Below, one piece after another: positions 1-8,370 of a DNA stretch of 20,004 nt (the first letter of the stretch is position 1; every line of letters begins with the position of its first letter). Source of the stretch: Elusimicrobiota bacterium (GTDB lineage Bacteria; Elusimicrobiota; Elusimicrobia; UBA1565). Location of the stretch: NCBI GenBank assembly GCA_043819795.1, contig JBDREN010000154.1, positions 1-20,004 on the forward strand. The letters run 5' to 3'. The notes under the pieces were generated by a model. It had not been told where the DNA came from and made no database searches. It saw nothing but the letters and a program-made list of their open reading frames with translations. Both the position numbers and the translations under genes were made by a program.

Positions 1-176
1 GTAAGAAGGAGGCGCCGTGAGCCCTGCATCGTCCCAGGCCGCGACCAGCCGGCGCCCAGAGTCGGCCCGCCCCACCCGATAGACGTCATTCACCGCGATT
101 TGCCAACCCGGGGGAAATCCCGAGATACGGGTCATGCGCCCACGCATTACGGGCTATGCCAATCCTGATCATCCGG

Positions 177-977
177 TCAGCTTGCCCGCTCTGCAACTTC
201 CCTTTGGATACCGGAGCAACCGGGCGATTTCCTGTCTGGGATTCGCGCGGGCCGCGTCCCGGCAATGGGGTGGTGTTCGTCCTTGAGATCCAGGAACTCC
301 AAGACGTAGGGGTCCTTGATCTGTTCCTCCGGCGTCATCCGGTCGCCGGGCCCGGCCTTGGCGCCCTTCTTGAGCATGGCCGTCTTGTTCCGGGACAGGG
401 CCGTGCGCTCGTAGAACCGCGATCCGATCTGGCGGTCCAGTCGGCGTATGGACCAGCCGCCGCGGAGAGCCTCGGCCTCGTAGAATCGCCGGGCCGCGGC
501 GTTCTTGACCCGCGGAAGGCGGGCATAATGCGTCCAGGAAAGGGGGAGGGCCTTCGCCAGGGCGGCCAACCCCGTGGGCCTCGTCGCGATAGCTCCGCCG
601 GAAGAAAGGCCGGTCGGCGATTGGCCTTTCCCCGGCCCCTCGGATTGGCCAATCAGCGAGTGGCCTTTTTGCGGCTCGCGGTAGGCCAGATAGAACTTCC
701 GCATCATCCTGACGTGCGAGAGCCCGAAGCCTCGGCCGAAGCGCCTGGTGAGGTCCTGGGAGAGGCGCTCCAGAAGGGCCTCCCCGTAGGCGGCCCGTTT
801 CTCGCCGGCCTGCTCGAATTCGACGATGCGGCGGCCGATCTCCCAGTAGGTGACGGTCAGGATGGCGTTGATCGACCGCGCCGCCTGGCCGCGGGCTTCG
901 ACCAGGAGGCTGCGTATCCCGGCGGCGAGCTTCTTGTATCCTTCGGAGCCGTCCGTCGTGAGGCTGCGTTTGGGTAT
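177..977 (-). pseudogene. yhcG: Truncated YhcG/DUF1016 (PDDEXK nuclease-associated) protein; N-terminal domain only
   Basis: The 177..707 frame stays open upstream to 977 and reads IPKRSLTT...ARSINAILTVTYWEIGRRIVEFEQAGEKRAAYGEALLERLSQDLTRRFGRGF...MRKFYLAY...LSWTHY...RRFYEAEALRGGWSIRRLDRQIGSRFYER...IKDPYVLEFLDLKDE, which are typical DUF1016 motifs. The expected start position is ATA (977-975), with an in-frame TAA three codons upstream. Similarity stops at about 276, so the C-terminal nuclease domain is missing. Confidence 0.85.
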
Positions 978-1017
978 GCCTGATTATGGCGCCAATCTGG
1001 CACAAACGCAATCGGGG

Positions 1018-1062
1018 CAAAAACAAGAGGAGGCGCCCGGGAGCTTCCCGGAGCGCCTCCTC
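1018..1062 (-). terminator. Rho-independent terminator downstream of tRNA-Asp
   Basis: Inverted repeat gaggaggcgc-ccggga / tcccgg-gcgcctcctc (1027-1062), followed on the minus strand by TTGTTTTTG. Confidence 0.8.
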
Positions 1063-1095
1063 CGTCGGAGATTCGCCAGATCCTTCTCAAAAATC

Positions 1096-1174
1096 TGGCG
1101 GGGTCGACGGGATTCGAACCCGCGGTCTCCGCCTTGACAGGGCGGCGTGTTAAACCAGGCTACACCACGACCCC
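1096..1174 (-). tRNA. tRNA-Asp (GTC), CCA encoded
   Basis: Minus strand folds as GGGGTCG TG GTGT AGCCTGGTTTA ACAC G CCGCC CT-GTC-AA GGCGG AGACC GCGGG TTCGAAT CCCGT CGACCCC G CCA. Confidence 0.97.
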
Positions 1175-1211
1175 GAACGTCGTTCACGGCGATGCTTCCT
1201 GACGGCAACCG

Positions 1212-1220
1212 ATTGTAGCA
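1212..1220 (-). promoter_or_regulatory. Extended -10 promoter (TGcTACAAT) for tRNA-Asp
   Basis: TGnTACAAT on the minus strand about 40 nt upstream of the tRNA 5' end. Confidence 0.6.
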
Positions 1221-1334
1221 AATCGTCGGGGGTTCGCGGACAGGTTGGCGGCATGCCGCTCCGCCGCGATAGCGGCCGCGGGCAGAAACCGCCTCCTGCC
1301 GGGATTCAGGACCGTCGGCCAGCGAGCGGAGTGC

Positions 1335-1511
1335 TTATTGCTGGTTGGAATCCTGCTCCGGCTCCATCATCGCGGCAAGCTTGTGGAAGTCCACGTCCAT
1401 GCCACTGAAGCGTTCCTCCACGAACGCCCATTCGGGATCGGGGTTCTTTGACGGACGCTTCTTGGCGGGCCGCGAGCGCTTGCCGTTGGGCACCGGCTTC
1501 TTCTTGGGCAT
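1335..1511 (-). CDS. Small hypothetical protein (58 aa) with basic N-terminus and acidic C-terminus
   Basis: MPKKKPVPNGKRSRPAKKRPSKNPDPEWAFVEERFSGMDVDFHKLAAMMEPEQDSNQQ. ATG at 1511 is preceded by TATACT (1527-1522). Codons are mostly G/C-ending. Confidence 0.55.
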   Translation of the reverse strand: MPKKKPVPNGKRSRPAKKRPSKNPDPEWAFVEERFSGMDVDFHKLAAMMEPEQDSNQQ

Positions 1512-1564
1512 AGCCAATATCAGTATAGACGGCATTTTGGGATTTCGCCAGGGAAAAATTTTTC

Positions 1565-1573
1565 TGATACAAT
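1565..1573 (+). promoter_or_regulatory. Extended -10 promoter (TGaTACAAT) for tRNA-Val
   Basis: TGnTACAAT ends 10 nt before the tRNA start, with an AT-rich tract upstream. Confidence 0.65.
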
Positions 1574-1582
1574 AGGGCGCGA

Positions 1583-1654
1583 GGGCCGTTAGCTCAGAGG
1601 AAGAGCGTTCCCCTTACAAGGGAAAGGTCGTAGGTTCAAGTCCTACACGGCCCA
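1583..1654 (+). tRNA. tRNA-Val (TAC), CCA not encoded
   Basis: GGGCCGT TA GCTC AGAGGAA GAGC G TTCCC CT-TAC-AA GGGAA AGGTC GTAGG TTCAAGT CCTAC ACGGCCC A, followed by CTC. Confidence 0.96.
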
Positions 1655-1662
1655 CTCCGCTT

Positions 1663-1944
1663 TCAGCGCCGGCCTCCGCCCCGCCGCTTCAGCGTCCGGT
1701 AGCGGAGGCCGGCCGCCGCCAGCCCCAGCAGGCACGCGCTCTTCCATGCCGGCAGCCACCAAGGCTCGAACCAGGCCCCGGTCCGCATCTCGACGAGGTC
1801 CGAGACGCCGAAGAGCGCGAACAGGGCCGAGGCGAGAAACGCCGTGGGGCGCAAGGGTCGCGCGCAGCGTGCGCCCCCGAGGGCCAGCACCGCCCCGACG
1901 GCGAACCAGAGCAGGGACTCGAAGAAGTTTAGGGGGTCCGCCAT
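1663..1944 (-). CDS. Small membrane protein (93 aa, about 3 TM)
   Basis: Hydrophobic segments and a Trp-rich motif FGVSDLVEMRTGAWFEPWWLPAWK. It starts 26 nt after the histidine kinase stop on the same strand. Confidence 0.7.
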   Translation of the reverse strand: MADPLNFFESLLWFAVGAVLALGGARCARPLRPTAFLASALFALFGVSDLVEMRTGAWFEPWWLPAWKSACLLGLAAAGLRYRTLKRRGGGRR

Positions 1945-1970
1945 CGAAGGCGGGGCGATTCAGCGTCGGA

Positions 1971-3191
1971 TCAAGCGAACGGGAGAGTGAAAGTGAAGAT
2001 GGCTCCCCCCTTGGGGGCGTTCTCGGCGCGGATCCTTCCGTGATGCCTCTCGATGATCTGCTTGGCGATGTTCAGGCCGATGCCCGTGCCTTCGCCCTTG
2101 CCCTTCGAGGTGAAGAAAGGCCTGAAGATGTCCTTCTCGTGGCCGGTCGGGAGCCCCGGCCCCTGGTCCTGGACCGAGACCGCTAGGCCGTTCTTCCCCT
2201 GCCAGGCGCCGATGGTGACGGTGCTTTCGGCCGGGGCCGCGTGGCACGCGTTCGTCAGAAGGTTCAGCATGACCTGTTGGATATGCACCGGGCTCATGGG
2301 GATCTCGGGGAGCTTGTCGTCGAACTGGCTGACGAGTCCCACCTTCCGGTGCCGGAACTGCGCCTCGCACAGCTTCCACGTGCGGTTGAATACGTCCCGT
2401 ATGGAGGTCGGCACGAGGTGGTAGTCCTCGCGCCTCGCCAGTCCGAGGATGTTGGAGATCAGGTTCCGGCAGAACTGCGCCGCCTCCCTCAGGTGCCGGA
2501 CGTCCGGGGCGTGCTTCGATTGCGGCGGGAGGTCGGCCAGGATGAAGTCCGTGTAGCCGATGATCACTGCGATCGGGCCGTTGAGGTCGTGCGCGATGCT
2601 GGCCGTCAGGTGTCCGAGGCTGGCCATCTTGTCGGTCTGCAGGCTGACCGTCTGGACCTCCTCCTCGAGCCCCTTGATGGCCCGCCGCTCCTCCTCCAGC
2701 GCCGCCTGCGCGCGCCTCTCCGAGACGGCCAGGCGCTTGGTGACCAGGAAGGCCAGGATCAGGACGGCCGTCTTGGTGCCCAGCACGAAGAGGTCGACGT
2801 TGTTGCCCTCCAGCAGAAGGTGCAGGTAGAAGGTCCCGAGCACCGTCAGCACGAGAGCCAGGGTCAGCCACATGGTGGCGAGATTGTGCATCAGCACGGA
2901 CGAAAAAAGCGGCATCAGCAGCAGGACCCAGAAGGAGGAGTCCTTGCCCCCGGAGTAATGCATGACGGCGCCCAGCACCAGGGCGTTCGCGATCATGGAA
3001 AAGGCATGGAACACGTGCGTATGGGAGATGTGGCGAAGCAATCGGTGCTGGGCGAAGTTGTACGTCAGGAGGACGAACAGAAGGATGAGGACGTGCGGAT
3101 AGACCATGCCCGGGTTCTGGCGGTACAGGAACGCCAGGCCCAGCATGAAGAGGACGAAGATGTGCTCTTGGATCTCGACTCGGTGGGGCAT
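1971..3191 (-). CDS. Membrane sensor histidine kinase (NtrB-like HisKA + HATPase_c)
   Basis: About 5 N-terminal TM helices; DKMASLGHLTASIAHDLNGP (H box), QVMLNLLTNA (N box), DQGPG (G1), IFRPFFTSK (F), GTGIGL (G2). TGaTAGAAT -10 at 3218-3210 and GGAG upstream of the ATG. Confidence 0.93.
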   Translation of the reverse strand: MPHRVEIQEHIFVLFMLGLAFLYRQNPGMVYPHVLILLFVLLTYNFAQHRLLRHISHTHVFHAFSMIANALVLGAVMHYSGGKDSSFWVLLLMPLFSSVLMHNLATMWLTLALVLTVLGTFYLHLLLEGNNVDLFVLGTKTAVLILAFLVTKRLAVSERRAQAALEEERRAIKGLEEEVQTVSLQTDKMASLGHLTASIAHDLNGPIAVIIGYTDFILADLPPQSKHAPDVRHLREAAQFCRNLISNILGLARREDYHLVPTSIRDVFNRTWKLCEAQFRHRKVGLVSQFDDKLPEIPMSPVHIQQVMLNLLTNACHAAPAESTVTIGAWQGKNGLAVSVQDQGPGLPTGHEKDIFRPFFTSKGKGEGTGIGLNIAKQIIERHHGRIRAENAPKGGAIFTFTLPFA

Positions 3192-3353
3192 GGCGGATAT
3201 CTCCGGAAGATTCTATCATAGAAGAGCGGCTACTGGAATCCGAGCCAGGCCCAAAACCTCCGGTAAGCGTCAATCAAGAGGACTCCGGGGCTCGGGCATT
3301 GTCACGAGGGTTTCGAAGGGGTACAATCGGTTGATGCGGTGGAGCGACGCCCG

Positions 3354-4502
3354 ATGAGCAAGTGCAGAGCGCTGGTTGTCGAAGACTACGCCCTGTCCCG
3401 GGACCTGTATGTAAGGCAGCTCGAGAGCTTCGGCCTCGAGGTGGCGTCGGCCGCCAACGGGGAGCGGGCCCTGGAGATTGTCGAGGGCGAGTCGTTCGAC
3501 CTGATCCTGACCGATATCTCCATGCCGGGGAAGGTGGACGGCGTCGACCTGGTCAAGAGGGTGAAGGCGGAGAAGCCGGGGATCGACATGATCGTGATGA
3601 CGGCGTTTCCCTCCCTGGACAGCGCGGTCGCGACGCTTCGTGACGGGGCCTACGATTACCTCACCAAGCCCTTCACCAAGGACCAGCTGCGGGCGGTGGT
3701 CGACCGCTGCCTGGAGAAGCGCCGCATCGCGGCGGAGCTGAGCGAGGAGAAATCCCTCCGCCGGGAGCTGCAGGCGGCCTACGCGGAGCTGCAGAAGACG
3801 GAAAAGCTCAAGGACGCGTTCATGAGCCGGGTCAACCACGAGCTGCGGACCCCCCTGATGGCGGCGAAGGCCTCGGTGGAGATGCTCGATCATGCCCCCG
3901 CGGGAGATAGGGCCGGGCTGATGGACAGGGCCCGCGGCGCGCTGTCGCGCCTGAGCGACGTGGTGGCGGACCTGCTGACCTTCTCGGACCTGCTGAAGGG
4001 CGACCCGTCGCGGCACCGGGAGCCCGTGGACTTGGCGGCCGTCTTGAGGGAGCTTTTCGAGAGCTGCCGGCCGCTCTTCGAGAAGAAGGAGGTCGAGATC
4101 CGGCTGGACCTGGGGGACGGGCTTCCCAAGGTGTCGGCCGACCCAGCCGCCGTCCGGACCGCGCTCAAGCACCTGGTCGCGAACGCGGCGCTGTTCAACC
4201 GCTATCGGGGGCTCGTCTCGGCCCGGCTGGCGGCGTTCTCAGGAGGCGTGCGCCTGACGATCGAGAACACCGGGATGGACCTGCCCGCGGACCAGGCGGA
4301 CCAGGTGTTCGACTCTTTCTACCAGATGGCGGAGGTCCTCACGCGGCAAGTGGGAGGCTTGGGCCTGGGCCTGGCTGTCGCGCGCAGGATCATCGAGACG
4401 CACGGCGGGCTGATCCGAGCCTCCAGCCGGAAAGGGGGCGGGGCGGTCTTCGATGTCGAGCTTCCGGCAGCTCAGTATGTTGACCCCCCCGACGGGAACT
4501 AG
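3354..4502 (+). CDS. Hybrid response regulator-histidine kinase (REC-HisKA-HATPase_c)
   Basis: REC: LVVEDY, DLILTDISMPG, MTA, GAYDYLTKPF. HisKA: FMSRVNHELRTPL. HATPase: LVANA, VFDSFYQ, GGLGLGL. ATG 3354 follows GGAG; TACAAT at 3322-3327. Confidence 0.92.
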   Translation: MSKCRALVVEDYALSRDLYVRQLESFGLEVASAANGERALEIVEGESFDLILTDISMPGKVDGVDLVKRVKAEKPGIDMIVMTAFPSLDSAVATLRDGAYDYLTKPFTKDQLRAVVDRCLEKRRIAAELSEEKSLRRELQAAYAELQKTEKLKDAFMSRVNHELRTPLMAAKASVEMLDHAPAGDRAGLMDRARGALSRLSDVVADLLTFSDLLKGDPSRHREPVDLAAVLRELFESCRPLFEKKEVEIRLDLGDGLPKVSADPAAVRTALKHLVANAALFNRYRGLVSARLAAFSGGVRLTIENTGMDLPADQADQVFDSFYQMAEVLTRQVGGLGLGLAVARRIIETHGGLIRASSRKGGGAVFDVELPAAQYVDPPDGN

Positions 4503-4592
4503 GTACAATGAGGCGTCGGGCCGGCCGGTCCCCAGCAATCCTTGAGAAAGACGGAAAATCATATCTGAGTCTCCCTTGACGGAGGGGTGAAT

Positions 4593-5468
4593 ATGCCGAG
4601 AATCGTTCGTTGCGGGCTCATCCAGGCCTCCTGCGATTGGTCTCCCGAGAAGCACTCGCTCGCCGACATCAAGAAAAAGATGGTCGCCAAGCACCTCAAG
4701 CTCATCGACAAGGCCGGGAAGAATAAGGTCAAGATCCTCTGTCTCCAGGAGATCTTCAGCACCCCGTACTTCTGCGCCGAGCAGGACATTAAGTGGTACG
4801 AGGCCGCCGAGCCCATCCCCGGCCCGACGACCAACCTCCTGCGGAAATACGCCAAGAAGTACGGGATGGTCATCATCGTCCCGATCTACGAGACGCCGGC
4901 TCCGGGGATCTACTACAACACGGCCGCGGTGATCGACGCCGACGGGAAGCTCCTCGGCATCTACAGGAAGAACCACATCCCGCATCTGGTTCCCGGGTTC
5001 TACGAGAAGTTCTATTTCAAGCCGGGGAACCTCGGCTACCCGACGTTCCAGACCCGCTACGCCAGGATAGGGGTCTACATCTGCTACGACCGGCATTTCC
5101 CGGACGGCGCGCGTGCCCTGGGCCTCAACGGCGCGGAGATCGTGTTCAATCCGAGCGCCACGGTGGCGGGCATCAGCGAGCATCTATGGAAGCTTGAGCA
5201 GCCGGCTATGGCCGTGGCCAACCAGTTCTACGTGGGGGCCATCAACCGGGTGGGCTGGGAGAAGCCCTGGAGGACGGGGATGTTCTACGGCCAGAGCTAC
5301 TTCTGCGACCCGCGCGGGCAGATGGTGGCGATGGGCCCGCGGGACAAGGACGCCCTGGTCGCCACCGACCTGGATCTGGACAAGATCCTCGAGGTCCGCA
5401 ACCTCTGGCAGTTCTACCGGGACAGGCGGCCGGAGACGTACAAGGAGCTTTGCGAGCTCCTGCCGTAG
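4593..5468 (+). CDS. Nitrilase-superfamily carbon-nitrogen hydrolase, beta-ureidopropionase (N-carbamoyl-beta-alanine amidohydrolase) type
   Basis: Glu-Lys-Cys triad in CLQEIF, YRKNHIP and YICYDRHFP; also FYEKFYF, FNPSATV, INRVG, FYGQSY and WQFYRDRRPETY. GGAGG at 4581-4585; TACAAT at 4504-4509. Confidence 0.88.
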   Translation: MPRIVRCGLIQASCDWSPEKHSLADIKKKMVAKHLKLIDKAGKNKVKILCLQEIFSTPYFCAEQDIKWYEAAEPIPGPTTNLLRKYAKKYGMVIIVPIYETPAPGIYYNTAAVIDADGKLLGIYRKNHIPHLVPGFYEKFYFKPGNLGYPTFQTRYARIGVYICYDRHFPDGARALGLNGAEIVFNPSATVAGISEHLWKLEQPAMAVANQFYVGAINRVGWEKPWRTGMFYGQSYFCDPRGQMVAMGPRDKDALVATDLDLDKILEVRNLWQFYRDRRPETYKELCELLP

Positions 5469-5501
5469 GGGGACTCCAGCCGGAAGATCGGGAGAATAGC
5501 C

Positions 5502-7013
5502 ATGACGACAGCGACCAAGGCGAAGAGCGCGAAGAAAGTGACTCTGAAGCAGTTCATCGGCGGGAAGTGGGTGGAAGGGACGGGAAAGAGGGAGATCCGG
5601 GTCGTGAATCCGGCCGACACCCGGCAGCTGCTGTGCGTCTGCCGCGGGGCCTCGAAAGCGGACGTCGAGAAGGCCCTGGAGTCCGCCCGGAAGGCTTTCC
5701 CCGCGTGGAAGGCCACGCCGGCTCCGGCGCGGGCCCGCTACATCGAGAAGGTCATCCGGCTGGCGCGCGAGCGCAAGGAAGAGCTGGCCCGGATACTGAC
5801 CCTCGAGGAGGGGAAGATCCTGCCCGAGGCGCTGGGCGAGATGGAGAAGGGCATCAACCTGCTCGAGTGGTTCGCGGGCGAAGGGCTGCGCTTCATGGGC
5901 ATCACCGCCCCCTCCGAGCTGCCCAAGAACCTGCTTCTCACCCTCCGGGAGCCCCTGGGCGTCGTGTCGGTCATCACGCCCTGGAACTTCCCGTGGGCCA
6001 TCCCCTGCTGGAAGATCGCCCCGGCCCTGGTGGCGGGTAACACGGTGGTATTCAAGCCGGCTTCGGTGACCCCTTGGCTCGCTTCCGAGATGGCGGGCCT
6101 GTTCCAGAAGGCCGGGCTGCCCGACGGGGTGCTCAACCTCGTCGTCGGCGCGGGCTCCGAGGTGGGCGACGGCCTCGTCGAGGACGATCGCGTGCAGGCC
6201 GTGAGCTTCACCGGCTCCAACGAGGTCGGCGTCCGGGTGCATACCCTGGCCGGCAAGCGCGGCATCAAGGTCACCTGCGAGATGGGCGGCAAGAACCCCT
6301 GCATCGTCTGGAAGGACGCCGACCTGGAGCTGGCCCTGCCCGGGGTGGTCAAGGGCGCCTTCGGCTCGACCGGCCAGCGCTGCACGGCCACCAGCCGCCT
6401 CATCGTCCATGAGGACGTCGCCGACGAGTTCGTGGGCAAGGTGGTCGAGGCGGCCAAGGCCATGAAGCTCGGCGACCCCATGAAGCCCGGCACCGGCATG
6501 GGCCCGGCCGTGGACCAGGGGCAGCTCGATACCGACCTGCGGCTGATCGCGGCCGCCAAGAAGGACGGGGCCAAGCTGCTCTGCGGCGGCAACCACGTCA
6601 CCGACGGGGACCTCAAGCACGGCTACTTCGTGGAAGCGACCGTGTTCGACAACGTCACGACGGACATGACCATCGCGCAGGAGGAGGTGTTCGGCCCCGT
6701 CCTGGCGGTGTTCCGCGTGAAGGACTTCGACGAGGCGGTTAGGATCGCCAACGACACGCGCTTCGGCCTCACCTGCGCGATCTACACGCAGGACATGGCG
6801 CTCTCCATGCGCTACGTGGAGGAGGCGGAGGTCGGGATGGTGCACGTCAACTCCCCGACCATCGGCGGCGAGGCCCAGGTCCCGTTCGGCGGGGTCAAGG
6901 GCTCGGGCGTCGGCGACCGGGAGATGGCGAAGGAGGGGATCCACTTCTTCTCCAAGCCCAAGACGGTCTTCCTGGACTATACAGGGAAGAAGAGGGAGTC
7001 GAACATCTATTGA
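5502..7013 (+). CDS. NAD(P)-dependent aldehyde dehydrogenase
   Basis: ITPWNFP, FKPAS, FTGS, EMGGKNP (catalytic Glu), GQRCTA (catalytic Cys), EEVFGP, PFGGVKGSG. GGAG precedes the ATG. Confidence 0.95.
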   Translation: MTTATKAKSAKKVTLKQFIGGKWVEGTGKREIRVVNPADTRQLLCVCRGASKADVEKALESARKAFPAWKATPAPARARYIEKVIRLARERKEELARILTLEEGKILPEALGEMEKGINLLEWFAGEGLRFMGITAPSELPKNLLLTLREPLGVVSVITPWNFPWAIPCWKIAPALVAGNTVVFKPASVTPWLASEMAGLFQKAGLPDGVLNLVVGAGSEVGDGLVEDDRVQAVSFTGSNEVGVRVHTLAGKRGIKVTCEMGGKNPCIVWKDADLELALPGVVKGAFGSTGQRCTATSRLIVHEDVADEFVGKVVEAAKAMKLGDPMKPGTGMGPAVDQGQLDTDLRLIAAAKKDGAKLLCGGNHVTDGDLKHGYFVEATVFDNVTTDMTIAQEEVFGPVLAVFRVKDFDEAVRIANDTRFGLTCAIYTQDMALSMRYVEEAEVGMVHVNSPTIGGEAQVPFGGVKGSGVGDREMAKEGIHFFSKPKTVFLDYTGKKRESNIY

Positions 7014-7023
7014 GGTGAGCGTT

Positions 7024-8370
7024 ATGGCGAAGACTGCGACCGAAGAACCCAAGGCGGCGCCCTACACCGGCCCCTCCCGCGAGGCGGTCCTCGAGGAAAG
7101 GAATAAGTACGTCCTGCCGGGCACGATGCTCTATTATAAGGACCCGCTCCTCATCTCGCGCGGGAAGCTCCAGTACGTCTTCGACGAGAAGGGCAGGAAG
7201 TACCTCGACGGCTTCGCCGGCGTCGTGACCGTCTCCGTGGGCCATTGCCATCCCACGATCGTCGAGCGGGCGCAGGCCCAGATGGAGTCTTTGTGGCACA
7301 CCACCACGCTCTATCTCTATCCCCACCTCGGCCGCTTCGCCAAGAAGCTCATCGAGCGCGTGAAGCCCGCCAACCCGGACCTGGATGTCTGCTTCTTCAC
7401 GAACTCCGGCACCGAGGCCACCGAGCTGGCGACGACCATCGCCAAGAACTACACCGGCCGCCAGGAGTTCATCGCGTTGCGGCACTCGTTCCACGGCCGC
7501 TCGCTCATGGCCATGACCCTCACGGGCCAGTCCCCGTGGCGGCACTCGACGCCCTACGCCTGGGGCGTCAACCACGCGCCGGCGAACTACACCTACCGGC
7601 GCCCGGAGGGGACTACCCCCAAGCAGTACGCCGAGTGGTGCGCCGACGAGGTCGAGGAGATCGTCAAGTACTCCACCTGCGGCAAGATCGCGGGCTTCCT
7701 CGCGGAGCCGATCTCGGGCAACGGCGGGGTGATCACCCCCGAGCCGGAGTACTTCCCCCGGGTCCACGAGATCGTCAAGAAGTACGGCGGCCTCTACATC
7801 ACCGACGAGGTGCAGGCCGGCATGGGCCGGACCGGCAACGACTTCCTCGGCATCCAGAAGTGGGGGGTCAAGCCCGACATGGTGACGATGGCCAAGGGCC
7901 TGGGCAACGGCTTCCCGCTCGGGGCCGTGATCATGACCCGCGAGGTGGGCGAGGCCATGAGGGATAAGATCCACTTCAACACATTCGGCGGCAATCCGAT
8001 CGCCATGACGGTGGGCGAGGCCGTGCTCGACGTGCTGGCCGACGAGAAGCTGCCGGAGAACGCGGCCGTGGTGGGCGAGCATCTCAAGGGCCGCCTCGCG
8101 AAGCTCGTGGACCGCTACGAGGTCGTGGGCGACGTCCGCGGGATGGGGCTCATGCTGGGAGTGGAGCTCGTCAAGGACAAGAAGTCCAAGACGCCGGCCC
8201 CTGAGATCGCGGCCAAGGTGATGGAGGGGATGCGGGCGAAGGGCGTCCTCATCGGCAAGGGCGGCCAGGCGGGCAACACGTTGCGCATCAAGCCGCCTTT
8301 GTGCGTCACGAAGGAGGACGCCGACCTGATCTTCGAGACGATGGACGCCTCGCTCAAGGAGGTCGCCTGA
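7024..8370 (+). CDS. Class III PLP aminotransferase (AGXT2 / beta-alanine aminotransferase-like)
   Basis: YLDGFAGVVTVSVGHCHP, FTNSGTEA, SFHG, AEPISG, DEVQAGMGRTG, MAKGLGNGFPLGAV (PLP Lys), HFNTFGGNP, LRIKPPLC. GAGGTG precedes ATG 7024. Confidence 0.93.
   Translation: MAKTATEEPKAAPYTGPSREAVLEERNKYVLPGTMLYYKDPLLISRGKLQYVFDEKGRKYLDGFAGVVTVSVGHCHPTIVERAQAQMESLWHTTTLYLYPHLGRFAKKLIERVKPANPDLDVCFFTNSGTEATELATTIAKNYTGRQEFIALRHSFHGRSLMAMTLTGQSPWRHSTPYAWGVNHAPANYTYRRPEGTTPKQYAEWCADEVEEIVKYSTCGKIAGFLAEPISGNGGVITPEPEYFPRVHEIVKKYGGLYITDEVQAGMGRTGNDFLGIQKWGVKPDMVTMAKGLGNGFPLGAVIMTREVGEAMRDKIHFNTFGGNPIAMTVGEAVLDVLADEKLPENAAVVGEHLKGRLAKLVDRYEVVGDVRGMGLMLGVELVKDKKSKTPAPEIAAKVMEGMRAKGVLIGKGGQAGNTLRIKPPLCVTKEDADLIFETMDASLKEVA

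Noticed and set aside
1..20. Possible 3' end of a plus-strand gene (...KKEAP-stop)
   Set aside because: Too little sequence to support a call.
85..168. VIHRDL...GH...HYGLC on the plus strand, resembling a protein kinase catalytic loop
   Set aside because: It lacks the KxxN and DFG residues, the frame is short and there is no other kinase motif; probably chance.
1..1095. att-site duplication of the tRNA-Asp 3' end
   Set aside because: Only an 8-nt match (gggattcg near 238) was seen, which is not significant.
1583..1657. tRNA-Val lacking an encoded CCA as a sign of disruption
   Set aside because: The cloverleaf is intact, and many bacteria add CCA post-transcriptionally.
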